A stretch of DNA of 64,000 nt from an uncultured bacterium (GTDB taxonomy: Bacteria > Acidobacteriota > HRBIN11 > JAKEFK01): assembly GCA_963777505.1 (NCBI GenBank), contig CAVZQN010000004.1:1536001-1600000 (forward strand), given 5' to 3'. The notes under the pieces are model-generated. The model was not told the DNA's origin, searched no databases, and saw nothing but the letters and a program-made list of their open reading frames with translations. Positions within the stretch are counted from its first letter, which is position 1. Every line of letters starts with the position of its first letter. Below, piece by piece: positions 48,766-57,859 of this stretch. The position numbers and the translations under genes were made by a program.

Positions 48766-50201
48766 GGATTAAATTCGCAGCGGGAGCAGGAAGCATCGCG
48801 GTTATCGCAAAAGTCGTAAAAGAAGTGATGGAGCGCTTGTTGCCGGTGTGCGCTGTCAATCATGTTTCTTGCTTTCTCCGGGCTCCCAAACATCCGATGA
48901 ACCATCAGACGTGTAATGCTGTTGTTAGGCAGTTTTGGATGACGTCTATAGATTGCATGGAGAGAATCTTCGAGCCCTCGTTGTGAAGTGAGCTCTGCAT
49001 GCGCTAACAACAATGGAAGCACGACATTTACGATCAGGATCCGCGCGCGATCCTTTCCGATCAATCTGCGAGGTGCGCTGAATTTGTGCTTATCGAATTG
49101 ATAATGGTATGACCAATACAAATGCGATGGACGTCCAAACAAGGCATTCCACGATTTGAGTATTTCGCGAATTCCGCGAGGCGATGGAAAAGGTTCGCCG
49201 ATAGGGTGGAGTAACAATGGAATGATTTGTCCAGAATGGTAATGAAAAAATGATGCAACAGCAGTGAGCCTGCGTGCAGGGAAGTTTGCCGGACGTGTAC
49301 TTGAGGGATACCAACAAAACCCGGTGAGTATTCGCGATTGAAAATGGGATTCGTGTTTATGCCAGTATTGAAAAAGCTCGTTTAGATACCACGACGTTTC
49401 AGGATCTTCCGGAGTTAAACGGATCTGTGATAAGTCTTCGATCAATCCCGCAGTACCAAGTAATATCGCAGCCATTGAATCGATACCGCGCCGACCCGCA
49501 AAATTGTAATGCATCAATTCATCAATCGGAATTCTTTGGGCAAGCTCACGGAATGCATATCGAGATTGCTTATATCCCATGCCTTCCATGATGCCTTCAT
49601 AAAAAGCTTGCTGAAATGTTTGCGATCGAAGTGCCGTCAGATATCGTTCCTTTTTTCGGCGCATTCGAAGATCGCCTGCTGAATCCAATATTCGTGTGAT
49701 GGATAGTTCATCATGCTCTTCCAGAAATCGTCTGCAAAGATGTACTTTGCTTCCTGCATGAAATGGAAATTCATGAATCGGCAATCGTGTCTGCAGCAGC
49801 CTTAACTCTTCCATCAATGAATCTTTTAATTCCAGTTCAGGAACCGACTCTCCATTCTGTTTGATACATTCCGCGCCTGTGCTGTACAAAACAACGTGAA
49901 GAACAACGCTGTTGTAACGTGGATCCAGATGGTGCCGGTGTTGATACCATTCACCGCTGCTTAAATGAATTTCAACATCACCACACATCCGTTTTCCATC
50001 AACAAACAATTCTGCATTTCGAAAGTCCGGGCCTGCTTCAAGATTCCACCAACCTGGCGATGATATCGATAACGCTGTGCCGTTCAGGCGCAATTGTTTC
50101 CGGAAGAGTTGTTCAGACCAGATGCAATGGATTAAACGTTCAAGGACGCGTTCGCGTCCACCATAGGGGTTTTGCGATTCGCAGACGAGATAAGGTTCCA
50201 T
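48738..50201 (-). CDS. DUF2851 family protein
   Basis: PGWWNLEAGPDFRNA, GDVEIH, WYQHRHHLDPRYNSVVLHVV, RPANFPARRL, VNVVLP, QQAL, C-terminal Cys cluster. Confidence 0.85.
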   Translation of the reverse strand: MEPYLVCESQNPYGGRERVLERLIHCIWSEQLFRKQLRLNGTALSISSPGWWNLEAGPDFRNAELFVDGKRMCGDVEIHLSSGEWYQHRHHLDPRYNSVVLHVVLYSTGAECIKQNGESVPELELKDSLMEELRLLQTRLPIHEFPFHAGSKVHLCRRFLEEHDELSITRILDSAGDLRMRRKKERYLTALRSQTFQQAFYEGIMEGMGYKQSRYAFRELAQRIPIDELMHYNFAGRRGIDSMAAILLGTAGLIEDLSQIRLTPEDPETSWYLNELFQYWHKHESHFQSRILTGFCWYPSSTRPANFPARRLTAVASFFHYHSGQIIPLLLHPIGEPFPSPRGIREILKSWNALFGRPSHLYWSYHYQFDKHKFSAPRRLIGKDRARILIVNVVLPLLLAHAELTSQRGLEDSLHAIYRRHPKLPNNSITRLMVHRMFGSPEKARNMIDSAHRQQALHHFFYDFCDNRDASCSRCEFNPTAKTQRTP

Positions 50202-50260
50202 CGTTTGCCTCCTGTTTTGGCAAACGGTGGAGGATGGTAGGAAGTTACCCGCACTAGGAT

Positions 50261-50468
50261 TTTACCACAAAGACACGGCCTACGGCCGCAATTTCAGATT
50301 TCAGATCTTAGATTTCAGATTGAAATTGATGATTTTTGGATTTAAGTACAGGTTAATTCTACTTTATGTGAGCAGACCGAATTAAGGCTTAAAAAGAATC
50401 TAATAGCTTCTATCAATCTTCAATCAAAAATTTCAATCTGAAATCTAAGATCTGAAATCTAAAATCTA
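50261..50468. repeat. Empty 7-mer (AGATTTC) inverted-repeat cassette preceded by a family-A half repeat
   Basis: Perfect 32-bp IR at 50296-50327 / 50429-50460 around a ~100-bp non-coding spacer. 50261-50290 is tttaccacaaagacacggcctacggccgca. Confidence 0.85.
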
Positions 50469-51836
50469 TTGGACTTGGAGTTTGGCGTAGGAGGGTGAAC
50501 TGCCGCAGCTTTCAAACCATTCGAGGCCTTCACACACCATATCAAATTTCAGCCAGTACTGGCCGGGTGAGTTTACGGCGGGAACTTGAAAATCAAGACG
50601 CAATGCTTGTCCTGAAGGAAGAGCCTTTGGAAGCAAAGCACGTCCGAAGTTGCGGTTAATCATGCTACGGTTGCGATCTAACAATGAAATTCCGAGAGTG
50701 ATATGTCTTCGATTCGTGCGTGAAGTGTTTTTCCAGAGTGCCCCGCCGGCATTAAGAATTTCTGCGCTTGTAGTAAACGATTGGCCGGCTTTGACTTTCA
50801 ATGCTGCAATCTCCGGACGTATTTCGGCTTTTAATGCTTTTTCGTGGATTGCATTTCCTAAAGCGCTCCAGATTTCATGCTGAATCTTTTCATATTCAGG
50901 GCGTCCCGGAACAAACCTTTCGGAAGCTGAATTTTCAGGATGATCTGTAATTTCCCAGCATAAACGATCGATTCCAAGTTCACCTGCAAGTTTTCGTGCA
51001 AGATCCATCTCTTCATCAGTGTCGTTCCAACGAAACAAAATGTAACGCCAGTTGATGAACGGCGTATCGGAGTTCAGTTCATGTTTGATTTCCACAAAGC
51101 GCTTCAGGATGCGCATCAATTTATCGAAATCGCCTCCACGCCTGTAACGCACATATGATTCTTGCATGGCCCCATCGATCGAGAAAGTAATTTCATCAAT
51201 CCCTGATTTCGTAAGAGCGCGCAGTTTTTCATCCGTGTTTAGCAGCAATCCATTAGTGCTTGTAAAAAGATAAATCTGAGGATATCGAGATTTTGCATAT
51301 TCGATCATTTCGATCGCGCGTGGATGGATGAAACTTTCACCGTAATTAAAGAAGTCAATGCGCTGAAGTCCCGGTCCAAGCTCATCAATTACTTTTGTGA
51401 AAGTGTCATAATTCAAGAGCCGGATCGATCGCGTAAAATGGATTCCATTTTCATGATTGCAACAAGCTTCAAAACAGGAAAGATTGCAGGAGACACAAGG
51501 CTCTACGAATAAACGCTGAGGCATATAGGCAAGCGAGGTGCCATCAGGTAATTTCACTGCAGGATCGGATGCAACTCCCATCAAGTTGCAATGGGTGCAA
51601 AGTACGGGATTATTTTTATGCAGACCCTCACGCAATCCACGAAACACCGGACCATTCCAAATTTCTTTAATGCTCAAGATCGATGCATTGCCAGCCGGAC
51701 GCTTTTTGAATGGATCGGCACAACCACAAACGATCGTTCCATCTGACATTAATGTGACCGTCTCCCATGGCCATGTACAAAAGAAACGCTGGCCTGGTTG
51801 AAGATCGATTTGAGAGGGTTCTTCGGTTCCTATCAT
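50466..51836 (-). CDS. Radical SAM protein with N-terminal SPASM-like domain and C-terminal Ig-like domain
   Basis: CTWPW...DGTIVCGC...CTHC, then EPCVSCNLSCFEACC, NYGES, STNG, FSIDG. C-terminal PGQYWLKFDMVCEG..WF. Confidence 0.85.
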   Translation of the reverse strand: MIGTEEPSQIDLQPGQRFFCTWPWETVTLMSDGTIVCGCADPFKKRPAGNASILSIKEIWNGPVFRGLREGLHKNNPVLCTHCNLMGVASDPAVKLPDGTSLAYMPQRLFVEPCVSCNLSCFEACCNHENGIHFTRSIRLLNYDTFTKVIDELGPGLQRIDFFNYGESFIHPRAIEMIEYAKSRYPQIYLFTSTNGLLLNTDEKLRALTKSGIDEITFSIDGAMQESYVRYRRGGDFDKLMRILKRFVEIKHELNSDTPFINWRYILFRWNDTDEEMDLARKLAGELGIDRLCWEITDHPENSASERFVPGRPEYEKIQHEIWSALGNAIHEKALKAEIRPEIAALKVKAGQSFTTSAEILNAGGALWKNTSRTNRRHITLGISLLDRNRSMINRNFGRALLPKALPSGQALRLDFQVPAVNSPGQYWLKFDMVCEGLEWFESCGSSPSYAKLQVQ

Positions 51837-53227
51837 TTTTGAATTGTTGCTACGTTTGGCAGGAGATCCTGGCGATCGATGAGTTGACTTGCCGAAATAA
51901 GCTCATAACCGCGTTGACGAAAAGTCTGGATAATTTCGGGAAGCCATTTATCGACACGATCTTCCGGTTGACGTTGAGTTCCCAGGTGCATCAGTACAAT
52001 AGCTCCATTTGTTTGAGCCGCTTCATTGTGCCCAAAACTTAAAATACGGTCTTTGATTAACATTGCAGGAAAATAATTTGCATAACTTGAATTTGGCACC
52101 CAATCCAGGCTGTCCATATTTTGGCGAGTCTTTGGATCGGATGTCCATGCAACGTGAACGAACCCGAGCTCGGCAGCCCAACGCCGAATTTCGAGATTAT
52201 GCTCTCCGTAAGGCGCGCGCCACAAAGGCACCATTCGTTTGCCAGTCGTAAGATAGAACAATTCATCCGTTTTACGCAACTGCATCTGAAGATCTTCGCG
52301 CGTGAGCATAGGAGAAGTTTTCTGCTGTGAATCCGTTGCAAATGTTGTGAGATGGTCATGGCTGAAAGTATGATTGCCAACTTCATGCTCTGAAGCGATA
52401 CGCCGCGACATTTCAGGAAATTTTTGAATGAACTCCCCGGTGAGGAAAATCGTGGAACGCACATTATGTTTTTTCAGTGCATTAAGAATCGATTCCGCTG
52501 AATTTGCCTCTGAGCCTCCGTCAAACGTGAGAACAATCTCTTTCCGATTGATGTTTCCGCGCGAAATATTGTCCGGTGAATTTTGGAAAAACTTCCAATT
52601 TGCGCTGTCAGACTTTATTGAATCCTGATACAGAACCATAATGGCTGGAGAAAAATTTGAAGATCCATCATCATCATAGAATCGGGTCTGCAGTACATTT
52701 GCATGTTTCGTTAGCATGACTTTTGGGAAGCGATACAGCGTGTTGCGTGCTACCGTGCTTTCTACAAGTGATCCGTTCAGGTAAACGGCAACTACAGCAT
52801 TTGCCGGAGCCGAGCCTTCTACCTCGACGAACTGAGAAGCGCTCTTCATCCCATTGATTGGCCGCGTAATATTAATCCCATCAGCCTTATCGTCAGCTTT
52901 TTCCAGGTCAATAGGCAGTGACGGTGTCATGAGATCAGGTTGTTGATGCTGACTTCCACCGGAATAAAAAGCGTCTGCAAGCAGGCCGAAATAAACAAAA
53001 CCTGCCGCTAAAACTACCAGCGAAGCATATATTGCATATCGACCATAATTGCGGGTGGGTGTAGCCGTCGCATTCTTTTGCAAATATGTTTTATGACAGA
53101 GGTCTCCGCAAAATAAATGATGATCCAGGCTAATCTGGCATTGCGGACAAAGCGCGCGACCACATTCAAAGCACTTACGGCGCGCAATACGTGACGGATG
53201 TTTAAAACAAAACCTAGGCTCGTTCAT
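51833..53227 (-). CDS. Polysaccharide deacetylase with N-terminal B-box-like zinc finger, TM helix and Ig-like domain
   Basis: CFKHP...CFECGRALCPQC, TM helix, LTFDGG, GNHTFSH, WRAPYG, VLMH. Confidence 0.85.
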   Translation of the reverse strand: MNEPRFCFKHPSRIARRKCFECGRALCPQCQISLDHHLFCGDLCHKTYLQKNATATPTRNYGRYAIYASLVVLAAGFVYFGLLADAFYSGGSQHQQPDLMTPSLPIDLEKADDKADGINITRPINGMKSASQFVEVEGSAPANAVVAVYLNGSLVESTVARNTLYRFPKVMLTKHANVLQTRFYDDDGSSNFSPAIMVLYQDSIKSDSANWKFFQNSPDNISRGNINRKEIVLTFDGGSEANSAESILNALKKHNVRSTIFLTGEFIQKFPEMSRRIASEHEVGNHTFSHDHLTTFATDSQQKTSPMLTREDLQMQLRKTDELFYLTTGKRMVPLWRAPYGEHNLEIRRWAAELGFVHVAWTSDPKTRQNMDSLDWVPNSSYANYFPAMLIKDRILSFGHNEAAQTNGAIVLMHLGTQRQPEDRVDKWLPEIIQTFRQRGYELISASQLIDRQDLLPNVATIQK

Positions 53228-53331
53228 CTCCGAAAAAGTCAGAACAAATTATGGGATGTTCATACTATCAATGTCAAACGCCTCGACGGACTATTGACTT
53301 GCCTCATTCCCGGGATTACCCTCAAAAAAAG

Positions 53332-54057
53332 ATGTATATTGTTTCACTTGTTTCATTCATGGTCATAATGTTTGCATGTGCAGGAAATCCCGATGGTTCA
53401 GGCCAAGCTGTCTCCGTGGAGGAACTTCGTAAATTGCGCCAAAACATGGTGAATCGTCAAATTATTGCCCGCGGCGTGAAAGATCCCCTTGTTCTGGAAG
53501 CGATGGATAAGGTGGAACGTCACCAATTCGTTTTGCCCGGTCAAGAACGTCAAGCTTATGATGATGGACCTCTTTCGATCGGTGAAGGCCAAACAATCTC
53601 TCAACCTTATATCGTTGCAATTATGACCGAGCTTGCGAAAATTGGTCCGGAATCAAAAGTTCTTGAAATTGGAACAGGTTCCGGCTATCAAGCTGCAATT
53701 CTTGGAGAGATTGCTAAGGAAGTTTATTCCATTGAAATCATTGAATCGCTAGGTTTGCGTTCGCAAAACCTTTTGCAACGTCTTGGTTATGAAAATGTGA
53801 AAGTTCGAATTGGTGATGGTTATAAGGGTTGGCCGGATGAAGCACCTTTTGATGCGATTGTAGTAACTGCTGCTCCGGATCATGTTCCTCAGCCGCTTGT
53901 TGATCAACTAAAAATCGGTGGACGCCTCGTGATTCCTGTTGGAGAACTTTATCAGGAACTTGAAGTCATCACTAAAACGGCTAAAGGCACGGAACGCAAC
54001 AAAATTATTCCAGTGCGATTCGTCCCGATGACCGGCGAAGCTGAACAAGATAACTAA
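53332..54057 (+). CDS. pcm: Protein-L-isoaspartate O-methyltransferase with lipoprotein-like N-terminus
   Basis: GQTISQPYIVA, VLEIGTGSGYQAA, APFDAIVVTAA, VRFVPM. TTGACT-17-TACCCT lies upstream. Confidence 0.93.
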   Translation: MYIVSLVSFMVIMFACAGNPDGSGQAVSVEELRKLRQNMVNRQIIARGVKDPLVLEAMDKVERHQFVLPGQERQAYDDGPLSIGEGQTISQPYIVAIMTELAKIGPESKVLEIGTGSGYQAAILGEIAKEVYSIEIIESLGLRSQNLLQRLGYENVKVRIGDGYKGWPDEAPFDAIVVTAAPDHVPQPLVDQLKIGGRLVIPVGELYQELEVITKTAKGTERNKIIPVRFVPMTGEAEQDN

Positions 54058-54060
54058 AAT

Positions 54061-54080
54061 CTCTGCGTCTTTGCGGTTTA
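54061..54080 (+). repeat. 9-mer-doublet junction repeat (family A)
   Basis: ctctgcgtctttgcggttta, between convergent stops. Confidence 0.75.
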
Positions 54081-54084
54081 ATAA

Positions 54085-55164
54085 TCAAAAGTAAAGATGA
54101 ATGCGGAACGTTAGCTCATCTGCATTCTGAATTTCATTTTGCGGAATGCTTTGATTGAAGCTGTAATACACTCCGACCTGTAAGAACGGAACGATAAAAG
54201 GTTCGACTCCAACCAACACTCGATCGCGCTGATTTTCATCGATATCCCGATTTGGGTCAAGAAATTCATACGCAGCTTTGACATTCCAGCCATCCGTTAT
54301 CAGGTAATTTACTTCAGCGTGTGCAACAAATTGTTCGCGATCAGCTTCATCGGGAATTTCGTCCTTCACAAGATCGACTTCACCAAGAAAAACGGCTTTG
54401 TACAATCGGAATCCACCCCACAAACCTGCTGCCGTGCGATCACCCAAATCGGATGGGTTGTACGATCCTGAGGCGCCGATTCTAAATGCATTCGCTGCAT
54501 ACGATACAGATCCAACGAATTGTTTTGAAGCATTGTTATCCAGGCTACTACCGGTGCCGTTTGTTGCGGAAGTTACAATTGAAAAAGGTCCAGGTTCAAA
54601 GCCGACTTCAACTCCCGCGTCAGGATTATTGAAATTAAATCCTGTTGCTTCGCGGATAAATGCGCGATCATCTTCAATTCGCAGGCCGTAAGGGAGAATA
54701 AAACGTCCGCCTTTGATCCATCCGTGCGCAGGCATCGCCTCGAACATCGCGAATATTTCACGACTCTGGACTCCGCCCGGCGCGACACTTTCATCAACAT
54801 ACAAAGAAAGCATGTCTGGAATTGGTTTTACATGGAGATAAATATTTCCTTTGTCGGTTAGAAATGTATTTGCGGTGTTATCTTCAACGAAAGTGCTTTG
54901 ATTCAAGAATCTGAAATCCCCACCCACTGAAAGATTTCCGTCTAGAATCGCCCAATAGTGTGGCACTTTTTTTTCACTCAGGTCGATTTTTTGCCAGGGA
55001 AGGGCTTGGGTTCCGTATCCAGATCCCATTACATTACGTTTACCGCCTCCGGTTCGATTCACATGACAGGCACTGCATTTGAGACCTTCACGAATCGCAA
55101 GATAAGGTTCCGAAAAAACAACGGTTGGACACAGAACGAACAGCAGCAAGATTATTCGTTTCAT
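54085..55164 (-). CDS. Outer-membrane beta-barrel protein with N-terminal c-type heme motif
   Basis: Signal peptide, CSACH, alternating amphipathic strands, terminal ...FRIHLYF. Confidence 0.75.
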   Translation of the reverse strand: MKRIILLLFVLCPTVVFSEPYLAIREGLKCSACHVNRTGGGKRNVMGSGYGTQALPWQKIDLSEKKVPHYWAILDGNLSVGGDFRFLNQSTFVEDNTANTFLTDKGNIYLHVKPIPDMLSLYVDESVAPGGVQSREIFAMFEAMPAHGWIKGGRFILPYGLRIEDDRAFIREATGFNFNNPDAGVEVGFEPGPFSIVTSATNGTGSSLDNNASKQFVGSVSYAANAFRIGASGSYNPSDLGDRTAAGLWGGFRLYKAVFLGEVDLVKDEIPDEADREQFVAHAEVNYLITDGWNVKAAYEFLDPNRDIDENQRDRVLVGVEPFIVPFLQVGVYYSFNQSIPQNEIQNADELTFRIHLYF

Positions 55165-55175
55165 TCAGTTTTCCC

Positions 55176-55634
55176 TCAGTTGCGTTGGGCACCCTGGGAG
55201 ATCCAAACGCGGAAAGCGTTAATGGTTTCTTGAGGCAATGGCGGAATATTTAATGGCATCTGAGCCCCTACAATATTCGGCACCCCTTCAAGTTTGTGAA
55301 TTAAATAGCTGTTATCCGGATCGCCTGGTCTTACTCGAAACAGTTCCGGTCTTTCAACTGATGCAACGTTTACCAAAGAATCGTAAGCATTGACTTCATC
55401 TAATCGCAGTCCTTGCGGAGCATTTGCACCGATATGACATGCAACACAAACCCTGTTAAAAACATTGGCCTGAATGTTTGTAAAGGTAGGAGGAAAAGTT
55501 ACGGGCAAGTCTCCATTTCCAGAACCGACCGGATTGCCATTTTCATCGAGTCCATTTCCATTGCCCGCACATCCTGCAAGTAAAGCTAATAATGCGAAAA
55601 CCGGCAAAACTCGAAGTAAATCTCTAAAAAACAC
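55176..55634 (-). CDS. Monoheme c-type cytochrome lipoprotein
   Basis: Lipobox LAGC, CVACH, VRPGDPDNSYLIHKL...QMP...WISQGA (planctomycete-cytochrome-like pattern). Confidence 0.8.
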   Translation of the reverse strand: MFFRDLLRVLPVFALLALLAGCAGNGNGLDENGNPVGSGNGDLPVTFPPTFTNIQANVFNRVCVACHIGANAPQGLRLDEVNAYDSLVNVASVERPELFRVRPGDPDNSYLIHKLEGVPNIVGAQMPLNIPPLPQETINAFRVWISQGAQRN

Positions 55635-55683
55635 GATACGTTAGAAATATCAGCCAAAACCAGGGAAGTCAAGATCTTTGCGG

Positions 55684-56676
55684 CTAGAGCTTGCGAACTT
55701 GAACTCCTGCTTCCTTTAGCAGTGCGAAAGAAGTTTCAGACAGCGGATAATCATGGTTGAAGACAACTTCCATAATTCCGGAGTTGATAATCATCTTCGT
55801 ACAAAGCAGACAGGGTGAGAATGTTGAATATAATGTTGAACCTTTTAATGCTGTTCCATGATATGAAGCCTGAGTAATTGCATTTTCTTCACCATGTGAG
55901 CAAAAACATTCTTCGAGTGAGCTTCCGCTTTTTGCGAGTGAATTGCATCGCGGACAACCGCCTTCATTGCAGTTTTTCGTTCCCCTTGGAGTGCCATTGT
56001 ATCCGGTTGAAATAATTCTGCGGTCTTTTACGATGATTGCTGCAACTTTCCGTTTCACACAGTTGCTCCGGCTTGCTACAACTTGAGCAATCGACATGAA
56101 ATATTCATCCCAACCTGGACGCGAAAAATTTCCCATTTCACCGCTCACAACGCCTTGAACCTTGCTATGAAGAGTATCCAGATCCTCATCATTCATAATT
56201 GTAAAGTTTGCCATTGCCTGACAATCTTCAATGCTTTGCATATGAGTCGCAGTGTTTTTACGTTCTGCTTCTTCTTTGGCTGTGAATTCCTTCAAAGTCT
56301 TTGGATCATTTTCCCTGTTGCGGGATCGAATCCTTTCAAAACGCACATCTGCCGGAGCATCTACATTCAACAAAACAAAACGGCCCGATTCGCGTAACGC
56401 CGCAACCTCAGCAGGATTGCGAATTGAATCGATTACGTAATTTCGATTCGGATCGATTTTTTGCAGAATCCGCCTTGCCAGAATATCGGCGCCATGTTTT
56501 TCGCGAAGCTCATTTCCTAAGGCAATCAGGCTGTCGCGAGTAATAGGAATTTTGCGTGCATCTAACTCGTCACGAATTGCATCCGAGAGCGAGTAATAGT
56601 AAAAACTCTTGTCTTTAAGAAAGGATGCGACTTCGCCCTTGCCTGCAGCGTTTTTGCCGGTTAATCCGATAATCAT
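55684..56676 (-). CDS. Fusion of a P-loop nucleotide kinase-like domain and dCMP deaminase
   Basis: IIGLTGKNAAGKG, DSIRNPAE, then RPGWDEYFM, TGYNGTP, HGEENAI, PCLLC. Confidence 0.9.
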   Translation of the reverse strand: MIIGLTGKNAAGKGEVASFLKDKSFYYYSLSDAIRDELDARKIPITRDSLIALGNELREKHGADILARRILQKIDPNRNYVIDSIRNPAEVAALRESGRFVLLNVDAPADVRFERIRSRNRENDPKTLKEFTAKEEAERKNTATHMQSIEDCQAMANFTIMNDEDLDTLHSKVQGVVSGEMGNFSRPGWDEYFMSIAQVVASRSNCVKRKVAAIIVKDRRIISTGYNGTPRGTKNCNEGGCPRCNSLAKSGSSLEECFCSHGEENAITQASYHGTALKGSTLYSTFSPCLLCTKMIINSGIMEVVFNHDYPLSETSFALLKEAGVQVRKL

Positions 56677-56704
56677 ATTGGCGAAAAGATTAACATATCT
56701 GGAG

Positions 56705-56724
56705 CTTTGTGTCTCTGCGGTAAA
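56705..56724 (+). repeat. 9-mer-doublet junction repeat (family A)
   Basis: ctttgtgtctctgcggtaaa, in the divergent gap. Confidence 0.75.
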
Positions 56725-56736
56725 TAAAGCCTTATA

Positions 56737-57825
56737 TTGTTCAGAATGATTTCAATAAAATTCAGTATCGTCTTTATACTTTTGGCATCATTTGCGGTCG
56801 CGCAACAAGCGGATCCTTATTTGGTTGGTGCCCATTATTATCTTTGGTATCGCAGCGGATCATGGGGAAACATTGATGGCGACCCTTTATTGGGTAAATA
56901 TGATTCAGCTCAAGATTCAGTGATCAGTCAGCATATCCGCTGGGCAAAAAATTATGGAATCGATTTTTTTGGTGTGGAATGGGGCGGCAAAGATCGTGAA
57001 CAAGATGAAGATATGCGGAAACATTTTCTCGTGTCTTCCGATCTGAAAGGTTTTCAGTTCTGCATCGCTTACGATACTTTAACTCGATTTGCCAAATATC
57101 AATCTCCACCTTTTGATTTTAATGATTCGCGAATCTTGCACGAATTTGTATCGGATTTTGCATACTTAAGCCGTACATATTTTTCACATCCGAGCTATTT
57201 GAAGTTTAACGGGCGTCCGGTAGTTTGGGTTTACATCGCGCGAGGTTGGAAAGGGGATTGGAAGCGCGCACTTCGCGAAGCACGATATGAAGTGAAAAAG
57301 AACGGTTTTGATTTATATCTTGATGGCGATTTGCTGTGGCCTGATCGCACCGATACTGACCGGCTTTCATATTTTGATGCTGCTTCAGCATATGTATTGA
57401 ATCAAAAGGAATTGTTTACAAAACAGAAAGTGAAGAAGACCGCCGACATTATTCCTATTGCTGATAAATATTTTCGCGAATGGGCAGGAATGTTAGACGT
57501 TGTAAAAAACAGACAGACAAATGAAAAGGTAGCTTTTCATCCTGTTGTCCATCCACAGTTTTGGAAACCTGCAGACCCCGGCGCATTGTACTACTCTCTA
57601 GATTCACCAGATGATTTCAAACGCTTTGCAGAAAAGGCGCGAGATACCGCTACATTGAATACACTTGCGAACGCAAAAGTCATCTGGATTACAAGCTGGA
57701 ATGAATGGTATGAAGGTAGTTCGATTGAGCCAACGCACAACGGCCCTTCATACCAAAAGAATTATGGATTCGAATTGTTGAGAGCAATGAAGGAAGTATT
57801 TGTAGTAAGGCACGCAGCCGAGTGA
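56737..57825 (+). CDS. Glycoside hydrolase family 99-like secreted protein
   Basis: Signal peptide, AHYYLWY, PLLGKYDS, GIDFF, ITSWNEWYEGSSIEP. Alternative ATG at 56746. Confidence 0.8.
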   Translation: MFRMISIKFSIVFILLASFAVAQQADPYLVGAHYYLWYRSGSWGNIDGDPLLGKYDSAQDSVISQHIRWAKNYGIDFFGVEWGGKDREQDEDMRKHFLVSSDLKGFQFCIAYDTLTRFAKYQSPPFDFNDSRILHEFVSDFAYLSRTYFSHPSYLKFNGRPVVWVYIARGWKGDWKRALREARYEVKKNGFDLYLDGDLLWPDRTDTDRLSYFDAASAYVLNQKELFTKQKVKKTADIIPIADKYFREWAGMLDVVKNRQTNEKVAFHPVVHPQFWKPADPGALYYSLDSPDDFKRFAEKARDTATLNTLANAKVIWITSWNEWYEGSSIEPTHNGPSYQKNYGFELLRAMKEVFVVRHAAE

Positions 57826-57859
57826 ATACGAGGCAGTGCCGTAATACAGAACGAACAAA

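Noticed and set aside
48231-50468. CRISPR array or diversity-generating retroelement suggested by the repeats and the Avd-like protein
   Set aside because: The repeats are contiguous 7-mers without unique spacers. No cas gene, reverse transcriptase or TR/VR pair was seen in the window.
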